The notes under the pieces: model-generated
Told to the model about the DNA's origin: nothing
Databases searched by the model: none
What the model saw: the letters and a program-made list of their open reading frames with translations, nothing else
Translations under genes and position numbers: made by a program
NCBI RefSeq assembly: GCF_000007145.1
Contig: NC_003902.1
Span: forward strand, 4,166,497-4,198,496
Origin: Xanthomonas campestris pv. campestris str. ATCC 33913
GTDB taxonomy: Bacteria > Pseudomonadota > Gammaproteobacteria > Xanthomonadales > Xanthomonadaceae
DNA: 32,000 nucleotides
Direction of reading: 5' to 3'
Shown here: positions 25,618-32,000 of the stretch, one piece after another
How positions within the stretch are numbered: position 1 is the stretch's first letter
Layout of the letters: every line of letters starts with the position of its first letter

Positions 25618-26598
25618 TCAGAACAGATCCACGCTGCCGGTCTGCTGGTCCACCCGCTGCATCTGCCCGCTGGCGATCAGTTCGCTGTGCACCGCCGCGC
25701 GGTTGCGGCCGTGCTGCTTGGCCCAGTACAGCGCCTTGTCGGCTTCGTCCAGCATCTGGCTGACCAGCCGGCCATCGCTGAGTTCGACGATGCCGGTGCT
25801 CAAGGTCACCGTGCCCACTTGCGGGAAACTGTGCTCGGCCACCGCGCGCCGGAAGCGCTCGAACAGGCTCACTGCGGTGTCGCGGTCCACCCCGCGCAAC
25901 ACGATCACGAACTCCTCGCCACCGAAACGGAACAGCAGATCGTCCTGACGGAAGCAGCGCTGCATCAGCTGGGCCACCAGCAGCAGCACCTCGTCGCCAT
26001 ACAAATGCCCGAAGGTGTCGTTGACGCGCTTGAAATGGTCGATGTCCACGATGCCCAGCCACACCGCGTTCTCCTGCGCGCCATCCGCGTTGGCGGCGAA
26101 CAGGCGCAGGATCATGTCGTCGAAGGTCTTGCGATTGCGCAGGCCCGTAAGTGCGTCGCGCTGGGCGTCGTCGAGCAGGCTGCGGTAGTTCTGGAAAAAG
26201 CGTGCAAAGCCCTGCAGCAAGAGCTGCTCGGCAGCGCCGGGGGCCTGCGTGCCGCCCACGCGCAGACAGGTGCGGATGCCGCGCGCTTCCATCATCGGGT
26301 AGACCAGCAGCGCGCGGCCGTCGTGCTGCAGCTGCACCACTTCGCCCGGGCCGCGCACGTGCGCCAGCAGCGCGCGCGTGGAAGCGTCGTGGATCTCGGC
26401 CACCGTCAGCGACAGCCGGCCGTCCTCGCGCAACCGGGTTTCGGCCATGCTGCGGCCATCGGGGGCGATGCGCAGCAGCGACAATTCTTCGGCCGCACAC
26501 ACTTCGCGCACGGTGCGCAGCAGGGTGAGATCGAGCAGATCGGCGTCGCGGATGGCGGTCAGGTCGACCATCCGTTCCAGCAGCGGCGCTTCGGTCAT
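25618..26598 (-). CDS. diguanylate cyclase (GGDEF) with an uncharacterised N-terminal sensor domain
   Basis: It carries DALTGLRNRKTF, DIDHFKRVNDTFGH, and RQDDLLFRFGGEEF (an RxxD I-site 5 residues before GGEEF). The start is uncertain: the ATG at 26598 is preferred, and 26637 is possible. Confidence 0.85.
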   Translation of the reverse strand: MTEAPLLERMVDLTAIRDADLLDLTLLRTVREVCAAEELSLLRIAPDGRSMAETRLREDGRLSLTVAEIHDASTRALLAHVRGPGEVVQLQHDGRALLVYPMMEARGIRTCLRVGGTQAPGAAEQLLLQGFARFFQNYRSLLDDAQRDALTGLRNRKTFDDMILRLFAANADGAQENAVWLGIVDIDHFKRVNDTFGHLYGDEVLLLVAQLMQRCFRQDDLLFRFGGEEFVIVLRGVDRDTAVSLFERFRRAVAEHSFPQVGTVTLSTGIVELSDGRLVSQMLDEADKALYWAKQHGRNRAAVHSELIASGQMQRVDQQTGSVDLF

Positions 26599-26796
26599 GG
26601 TGGCGGCACCGCACGCACCGGCGCCCGCCGGGAACACCGGTGACAGGCAGGCTCAGGCCTGTGGCGGGTACGCACTGGTATCACGACAGATCACCGCAAT
26701 CAGAGATGTCGGTTCATCGGCGTCTGGGGGGCGAACTTGAGTCCGCTGCCCGGCCCCGCTCAGCGCGCGGCCAGCAAGGTCAATCCCGCCGTTGCC

Positions 26797-26826
26797 GGCC
26801 CCTGACGCCATGCGGGTACAGGGGCC
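26797..26826 (-). terminator. 8-bp GC hairpin just after the SulP stop
   Basis: On the reverse strand, GGCCCCTG-14 nt-CAGGGGCC, 10 nt beyond the stop at 26837. There is no U tract. It could act as a terminator or attenuator ahead of the GGDEF gene. Confidence 0.3.
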
Positions 26827-26836
26827 GCGGCCTGGC

Positions 26837-28333
26837 TCAGGGCAGGGCCGATTCCAGCGCATCCTCGCCCAGGGCGTGGGCCTGCATCAGCCGCCGGCTG
26901 GCGGCATTCAGGCCCTGCACTTGGACCTGCAAGCCGTGGTGGCGCAGGCGCTGCACCACCTTGTCCAGCGCCGCCACCGCGGTGATGTCCCAGAAGTGCG
27001 CGCGGCTCACGTCGATGATGACCTGCTGGCCGGGCACGTCGCGGGCATCGAAGGCATCGATGAACACATCGGCCGAGGCGAAGAACACCTGCCCGCGCAC
27101 GCTGTAGGTGCGCAGCGGGTTGGCCGCGTCGCTGGGGACGATCTGCAGCAGTCCGGACACCTTGAAGGTGAAGAACACCCCGCTCAGCAGCACGCCCACC
27201 GCCACGCCAGCGGCCAGGTTGTGGGTGGCCAGGGTCACTGCGACCGTGGCCAGCATCACCACGCTGGAGGTGCGCGGGTGGGTGATCACGGTGCGCAGCG
27301 AGCGCCAGTCGAAGGTCTCGGCCGAGACCATCACCATGATCGCCACCAACGCCACCACCGGCACCTGCGACACCCACGGCTTGAGCAGCACCATCAGGAT
27401 CAGCAGGAACACGCCGGCAAACAGCGTCGACAGCCGGCCGCGGCCGCCGTATTTCACGTTGCCCACGGTCTGCCCGATCATGCCGCAACCGGCGATGCCG
27501 CCGAACAGGCTGGCGGCCGCATTGGCCAGGCCCAGGCCGGTGCATTCGCGGTTCTTGTTGCTGGGCGTGTCGGTGAGTTCATCGACCACGCGCGCGGTCA
27601 TCATCGATTCGAGCAGGCCCACCATTGCGATGGCCAGCGCCGGCAGCGCGATGATGCGCAAGGTCTCCAGCGTCAACGGCACGCCGGGCCATTGCAGGAA
27701 CGGCAGCGCGGTGGGCAGCTTGCCCAGGTCGGCCACCGTCTTCAGCGGCAGGTGCAGCGCGCTGCTGGCCACCGTGAGCAGCAGGATGCACAGCAGCGGC
27801 GACGGAATGGCTGAGACACCGGGCAGCCGCAACCGCGGCAGGCCGTAGATGATGGCCAGGCCCACGCCCAGCGTGACCCAGGTGGTGGGGTTGGCACCGA
27901 GCAGGTGCGGCAGCTGCGCGGCGAAGATCAGCACCGCCAGCGCGTTGACGAACCCGGTCCGCACCGAGCTGCTGACAAAGCGCATCAGCACGCCCAGGCG
28001 CAGCAGCCCGAACACGATCTGCACCAGCCCGGCGAGCAGCCCGGCGGCGAGCAGATACGGCAACCCATGCGTGGCCACCAGCGGCGCAGCCACCAGCGCC
28101 ACCGAGCCGGCGGCTGCGGAAATCATCGCCGGCCGTCCGCCACAAAACGCGATCACGATGCCGATCACAAACGACGCGAACAAGCCGACCTGCGGGTCCA
28201 CGCCTGCGACGAACGCAAAGGCGATGACTTCGGGAATCAGGGCGAACGTGGCAACGGCGCCAGCCATCAGTTCGCGCGCAGGCGAGGCGCGCCATTGCGC
28301 CAGTTCGGTGCGCAGGAAGGACATGGGGGACAC
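26837..28333 (-). CDS. SulP-family anion permease with C-terminal STAS domain
   Basis: 498 aa. It carries AGAVATFALIPEVIAFAFVAGV and multiple TM helices. The STAS tail reads YSVRGQVFFASADVFIDAFD...IIDVSRAHFWDITAVAALDKVV. Confidence 0.88.
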   Translation of the reverse strand: MSPMSFLRTELAQWRASPARELMAGAVATFALIPEVIAFAFVAGVDPQVGLFASFVIGIVIAFCGGRPAMISAAAGSVALVAAPLVATHGLPYLLAAGLLAGLVQIVFGLLRLGVLMRFVSSSVRTGFVNALAVLIFAAQLPHLLGANPTTWVTLGVGLAIIYGLPRLRLPGVSAIPSPLLCILLLTVASSALHLPLKTVADLGKLPTALPFLQWPGVPLTLETLRIIALPALAIAMVGLLESMMTARVVDELTDTPSNKNRECTGLGLANAAASLFGGIAGCGMIGQTVGNVKYGGRGRLSTLFAGVFLLILMVLLKPWVSQVPVVALVAIMVMVSAETFDWRSLRTVITHPRTSSVVMLATVAVTLATHNLAAGVAVGVLLSGVFFTFKVSGLLQIVPSDAANPLRTYSVRGQVFFASADVFIDAFDARDVPGQQVIIDVSRAHFWDITAVAALDKVVQRLRHHGLQVQVQGLNAASRRLMQAHALGEDALESALP

Positions 28334-28415
28334 TCCAGGGACAAGAACGACAGTCCTGCGGACAGCGCGCAGGGGGCACTAGTGTGCGGGAAAGCGACCG
28401 CTCCCGCAGCCGCGA

Positions 28416-28431
28416 TGTGATCGGTGCGGCA
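28416..28431. promoter_or_regulatory. weak CRP/Clp-type half-site
   Basis: TGTGA-tcggtg-CGGCA. Only the left half matches TGTGA-N6-TCACA. Confidence 0.3.
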
Positions 28432-28442
28432 ATGGTGTTTTC

Positions 28443-28458
28443 TGTGGGGACGATCACA
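28443..28458. promoter_or_regulatory. CRP/Clp-type binding site upstream of engXCA
   Basis: TGTGG-ggacga-TCACA matches 9 of 10 positions of TGTGA-N6-TCACA. Its centre lies about 86 nt upstream of the ATG. Confidence 0.55.
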
Positions 28459-28536
28459 CCACGCGACGCGCGCACAGACCAAGATGCCCGCCTTACCGCG
28501 CTCGGGTGTCGAGCCCGGTTCTCTAGGGAGATCACC

Positions 28537-29991
28537 ATGTCCATATTCAGGACCGCAAGCACGCTCGCTTTGGCCACCGCCCTCGCACTGGCCGCCGGGC
28601 CGGCCTTCAGCTATTCCATCAACAACAGCAGGCAGATCGTCGACGACAGCGGCAAGGTCGTGCAGCTCAAGGGTGTGAACGTGTTCGGCTTCGAAACCGG
28701 CAACCACGTGATGCATGGCCTGTGGGCACGCAACTGGAAGGACATGATCGTGCAGATGCAGGGCCTGGGCTTCAACGCCGTGCGCCTGCCGTTCTGCCCG
28801 GCCACGCTGCGTAGCGACACCATGCCGGCCAGCATCGACTACAGCCGCAACGCCGACCTGCAGGGCCTGACCTCGCTGCAGATCCTCGACAAGGTGATCG
28901 CCGAATTCAATGCGCGCGGCATGTATGTGCTGCTGGATCACCACACCCCCGATTGCGCCGGCATTTCCGAGCTCTGGTACACCGGCTCCTATACCGAGGC
29001 ACAGTGGCTGGCCGACCTGCGCTTTGTGGCCAACCGCTACAAGAACGTGCCGTATGTACTCGGCCTGGATCTGAAGAACGAACCGCACGGCGCCGCCACC
29101 TGGGGTACCGGCAACGCCGCCACCGATTGGAACAAGGCTGCCGAGCGCGGCTCGGCCGCGGTGTTGGCGGTCGCGCCGAAGTGGCTGATCGCGGTGGAAG
29201 GCATCACCGACAACCCGGTGTGCTCCACCAACGGCGGCATCTTCTGGGGCGGCAACCTGCAGCCGCTGGCCTGCACCCCGCTCAACATCCCGGCCAACCG
29301 CCTGCTGCTGGCCCCGCACGTGTACGGCCCGGACGTGTTCGTGCAGTCGTACTTCAACGACAGCAACTTCCCCAACAACATGCCCGCCATCTGGGAACGC
29401 CATTTCGGTCAGTTCGCCGGCACGCATGCGCTGTTGCTGGGCGAGTTCGGTGGCAAGTACGGCGAAGGCGACGCACGCGACAAGACCTGGCAGGACGCGC
29501 TGGTGAAGTACCTGCGCAGCAAGGGCATCAACCAGGGCTTCTACTGGTCGTGGAATCCCAACAGCGGCGACACCGGCGGCATCCTGCGCGATGACTGGAC
29601 CAGCGTGCGCCAGGACAAGATGACCCTGCTGCGCACGCTGTGGGGCACCGCCGGCAATACCACGCCGACGCCGACTCCCACACCTACGCCCACACCGACA
29701 CCGACGCCTACCCCCACGCCGACGCCCACCCCGGGCACCAGCACCTTCAGCACCAAGGTGATCGTGGACAACAGCTGGAACGGCGGCTATTGCAACCGCG
29801 TGCAGGTGACCAACACCGGCACCGCCAGCGGCACCTGGTCGATCGCGGTGCCGGTCACCGGTACGGTCAACAACGCCTGGAATGCGACCTGGTCGCAGAG
29901 CGGCAGCACGCTCAGAGCCAGCGGCGTGGACTTCAACCGCACCCTGGCAGCCGGCGCCACCGCCGAGTTCGGCTTCTGCGCCGCGAGCTGA
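28537..29991 (+). CDS. engXCA: major extracellular endoglucanase: GH5 catalytic domain, (TP)12 linker, CBM2
   Basis: ATG at 28537 after GGGAG. The product starts MSIFRTASTLALATALALAAGPAFS (signal peptide). The GH5 blocks are LKNEPHG (acid/base) and GEFGG (nucleophile). The C-terminal CBM2-like region reads NSWNGGYCNRVQVTN...FGFCAAS. I recognise the sequence as Xcc EngXCA from memory. Confidence 0.95.
   Translation: MSIFRTASTLALATALALAAGPAFSYSINNSRQIVDDSGKVVQLKGVNVFGFETGNHVMHGLWARNWKDMIVQMQGLGFNAVRLPFCPATLRSDTMPASIDYSRNADLQGLTSLQILDKVIAEFNARGMYVLLDHHTPDCAGISELWYTGSYTEAQWLADLRFVANRYKNVPYVLGLDLKNEPHGAATWGTGNAATDWNKAAERGSAAVLAVAPKWLIAVEGITDNPVCSTNGGIFWGGNLQPLACTPLNIPANRLLLAPHVYGPDVFVQSYFNDSNFPNNMPAIWERHFGQFAGTHALLLGEFGGKYGEGDARDKTWQDALVKYLRSKGINQGFYWSWNPNSGDTGGILRDDWTSVRQDKMTLLRTLWGTAGNTTPTPTPTPTPTPTPTPTPTPTPTPGTSTFSTKVIVDNSWNGGYCNRVQVTNTGTASGTWSIAVPVTGTVNNAWNATWSQSGSTLRASGVDFNRTLAAGATAEFGFCAAS
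29662..29733 (+). repeat. (Thr-Pro)x12 interdomain linker
   Basis: Twelve ACN-CCN pairs read directly. Codon choice varies among ACG/ACT/ACA/ACC and CCG/CCC/CCT, so the DNA-level repeat is imperfect. Confidence 0.9.
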
Positions 29992-30105
29992 GTGCACTGT
30001 GGCGGGTACGGCTCCCGTGTCCGCTACCTTTGCAACATGCAGTGGCATTGTGGAGGCGCTGCGTAGCAGGTTGATGATCACCTGCGGCGCCTAACCCACG
30101 ACCTC

Positions 30106-30171
30106 GTAGGAGCGCCCTTGGGCGCGATGGGCATTCCCGATAAAGCCCATCGCGCCCAAGGGCGCTCCTAC
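30106..30171. repeat. 66-nt GTAG-headed REP palindrome, copy 1 (perfect)
   Basis: GTAGGAGCGCCCTTGGGCGCGATGGGC-attcccgataaa-GCCCATCGCGCCCAAGGGCGCTCCTAC. Confidence 0.85.
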
Positions 30172-30179
30172 GTTTTTTT
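30106..30179 (+). terminator. REP hairpin plus T7 run acting as an intrinsic terminator for engXCA
   Basis: A perfect 27-bp stem (30106-30132 pairs with 30145-30171) and a 12-nt loop, followed 1 nt later by TTTTTTT (30173-30179). It begins 114 nt after the stop codon. Confidence 0.6.
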
Positions 30180-30292
30180 GGCGTTGGAACGTTGTCCAGC
30201 GTCTGCACGGTCATCTGGTTGACGAAGACGCCGCAAGATCGCAGCGACAGCCGTGATCGAGTAGCAACACCGCAGAACCACACAATCTTTCC

Positions 30293-30358
30293 GTAGGAGC
30301 GCCCTCGGGCGCGATGGGCATTGCCGATAAGGCCCATCGCGCCCAAGGGCGCTCCTAC
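30293..30358. repeat. 66-nt REP palindrome, copy 2 (one stem mismatch)
   Basis: GTAGGAGCGCCCTCGGGCGCGATGGGCattgccgataagGCCCATCGCGCCCAAGGGCGCTCCTAC. Confidence 0.85.
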
Positions 30359-30468
30359 GAAGCTGCAACCTCGGAGCGCGTTCGAATCAGCATTCGCACA
30401 TGTCGTGACGGCAACAGCGCCGCTCGATCGGATGCATCACGCAGTAATCCAATCACACGCAATGCCCC

Positions 30469-30535
30469 GTAGGAGCGCCCTCGGGCGCGATGAGGCATTG
30501 CCGATAACGCCCATCCCGCCCAAGGCCGCTCCTAC
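30469..30535. repeat. REP palindrome, copy 3 (degenerate)
   Basis: GTAGGAGCGCCCTCGGGCGCGATGAGGCATTGCCGATAACGCCCATCCCGCCCAAGGCCGCTCCTAC. Confidence 0.75.
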
Positions 30536-30646
30536 CGGTTTCCGTGCGGCTGCAGACAAGCAGGCGCGGCCGCAGATAGCATTAAATCGCCGCGTGAAAC
30601 AGCCGATATCCACGACAACGCTCCCGCGTCTTTGTGGACATCCTTC

Positions 30647-32000
30647 ATGTATCTCGTCAGTTCGTTGCGCCGGCATGTTGCCAATCTCCCACTCACCCGC
30701 AAGTTCGTCCTGTTGTGCACGCTGCTCGCCGTTGGCGTGATCCTGCTGGCGGTTGCCGCAGCGCGTCTGCAATACCTGGATCTGGTCGAAGCACGCAAGC
30801 TCAGCGTCAAGACCGAAGTGGAAATGGGCCTGACGGTGATGCAGCACTACGCCGACAAGGTGAAGGCCGGCGAGCTGAGCAAGCAACAAGCCATGGAAGC
30901 GGCGCGTACCACGCTGGCGGATATGCGCACCAATGACGGCGTGGATTACTTCTTCATCGTCGACCCGCAGATGCGCATCCTGATGCATCCCAAGCGGCCG
31001 GTCGGCACGGACATGTCCGATTACAAGAGTGACGCCGGGCAGTACGTCTACCGCGATATCAAGACCGCCATCGACAGCGGCGATGGCTTCAGCTACTACG
31101 ACGCGCCCAAGCCCGGCAAGAGAGAGCAGTTGCCCAAGATCAGCTATGCCAAGGTGTTTCCGGCCTGGAACTGGGTGCTGGTGATGGGCGTGTACGCCGA
31201 AGACATCCAGGTGCAGGCGTGGGGATTCACCCGCACGCTGACGCTGATCGGCGGCGCGCTGGTAGCCATGGTGATCGGCCTGTGCTGGTTGATTGCCTCG
31301 GCCATGGCTGCACCGCTGCGTGCTGCAACGCGCACCGCCGAGGCGATCGCTTCGGGCCGGTTCGACAACGACATCCGCGTCGAGTCGCGCGATGAAACCG
31401 GCCAGCTGATGCACAGCATGGCGCAGATGCAAACCCAGCTGCAGCGCTTCAATGGCGAGATGCAGACCATGATCCGCCTGCAGCAGGGGGAAAACATCGC
31501 GCACCGCATCCCGGAAGACTTCCCCGGCGATTACGGCAGCCTGGCGCATGGCGTGAACACAGTGGTCTTCGAGCACCTGGACGCCATCAACGAAGCGATG
31601 GATGTGATGAGCGACTATGGCCGCGGCGATCTGCGCCGCGACATGCGCCGCCTGCCCGGCCAGCGCGCAGCGCTGCATGAGGCGCTGGACACGGTGAAGA
31701 CCAATCTGTCGGCGATCAATGGCGATATCGCGCGGCTTGCCGATGCCGCCGCGCGCGGCGATTTCTCCGCACGTGGCGACCAGGCGCGCTATCAGTTCGC
31801 CTTCGCGGAAATGGTGCAGGCGCTCAACCGTTTGATGCAGCAGGCCGACGCCGGCCTGGACGATGTCGGCCGCATCATGGCCGCGATCGCCGACGGCGAT
31901 TTGTCGCAGCGGGTGGAATCGCATTACGAAGGTGCGTTCGGGCGCCTGGCCAATGCGGCCAACCGCACCGCGATCCAGCTCACTACTATCGTGCAAGGCA
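30647..32000 (+). CDS. methyl-accepting chemotaxis protein, N-terminal 451 codons (runs off the right edge)
   Basis: My own translation from the ATG at 30647 gives MYLVSSLRRHVANLPLTRKFVLLCTLLAVGVILLAV (TM1). A Cache-like periplasmic block follows (GVDYFFIVDPQMRILMHP...GFSYYDAPKPG...WNWVLVMGVY), then TM2. The HAMP domain reads PLRAATRTAEAIASGRFDNDIRVESRDETGQL, followed by further HAMP-like repeats (GDFSARGD, GDLSQRVE). The frame is open to the window end. Confidence 0.85.
   Translation, partial: MYLVSSLRRHVANLPLTRKFVLLCTLLAVGVILLAVAAARLQYLDLVEARKLSVKTEVEMGLTVMQHYADKVKAGELSKQQAMEAARTTLADMRTNDGVDYFFIVDPQMRILMHPKRPVGTDMSDYKSDAGQYVYRDIKTAIDSGDGFSYYDAPKPGKREQLPKISYAKVFPAWNWVLVMGVYAEDIQVQAWGFTRTLTLIGGALVAMVIGLCWLIASAMAAPLRAATRTAEAIASGRFDNDIRVESRDETGQLMHSMAQMQTQLQRFNGEMQTMIRLQQGENIAHRIPEDFPGDYGSLAHGVNTVVFEHLDAINEAMDVMSDYGRGDLRRDMRRLPGQRAALHEALDTVKTNLSAINGDIARLADAAARGDFSARGDQARYQFAFAEMVQALNRLMQQADAGLDDVGRIMAAIADGDLSQRVESHYEGAFGRLANAANRTAIQLTTIVQG

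Noticed and set aside
29662-29733. The (TP)12 linker considered as a slippage-prone VNTR.
   Set aside because: Codons are heterogeneous (ACG/ACT/ACA/ACC and CCG/CCC/CCT), so there is no long perfect DNA repeat. It is a normal Pro/Thr interdomain linker of the endoglucanase.
30106-30535. Regularly spaced repeats with unique spacers, considered as a possible CRISPR array. The same question applies to 12779-13086.
   Set aside because: The repeats are 66-nt near-perfect palindromes with GTAG heads, which is REP architecture. The spacers are 110-120 nt and unequal. There are only 3 copies, decaying in quality, and no cas genes or leader.
1-32000. Scan for tRNA, rRNA or tmRNA-like T-loop motifs (GGTTCGAATCC-type) and for ribosomal RNA signatures.
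   Set aside because: The only partial matches, for example near 16690 and 30380, lie inside coding or REP-spacer sequence without acceptor or anticodon stems. No RNA genes are reported.

Overview
This is 32 kb of GC-rich chromosome; hand counts give about 70% GC in the core genes. It reads as Xanthomonas. From memory, and unverifiable here, the 484-aa GH5-(TP)12-CBM2 endoglucanase at 28537-29991 is EngXCA of X. campestris pv. campestris.

I call 24 protein genes, two of them cut by the window edges. I found no rRNA, tRNA, CRISPR array, transposase or integrase.

Most content is ordinary core genome:
- dapF, lptM and ybaN
- two signal-peptide S9A peptidases
- a class I aminotransferase
- a soluble lipocalin
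- a WYL regulator
- a DUF481 outer-membrane protein
- a tightly packed esterase-algZ-algR-hemC string
- opgH
- an SLC13/TrkA-C permease
- an M28 aminopeptidase
- a TonB-dependent receptor preceded by a Fur-box-like site
- a GGDEF cyclase with an intact I-site
- a SulP-STAS permease
- engXCA, preceded by CRP/Clp-type sites
- the 5' part of a Cache-HAMP chemoreceptor

The non-coding DNA holds two families of GTAG-headed REP palindromes. One copy doubles as the engXCA terminator. There are also three ORF-free gaps of about 0.7 kb, and one of them carries a G-quadruplex motif and an 84%-purine tract.

The one segment out of character is a low-GC islet of about 1.8 kb at roughly 5040-6885. It encodes an exported protein whose only four cysteines sit in its last 20 residues. 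An exported monothiol (CxxS) thioredoxin-fold protein follows 85 nt downstream. Two further oddities sit in the islet. The signal-peptide start of the first gene lies in a different frame across a T7 homopolymer. A Cys-rich zinc-knuckle-like mini-ORF lies upstream. I cannot assign either main islet protein to a named family, so this pair is my best candidate for something undescribed.

All functional calls come from motif recognition by eye; no searches were run.
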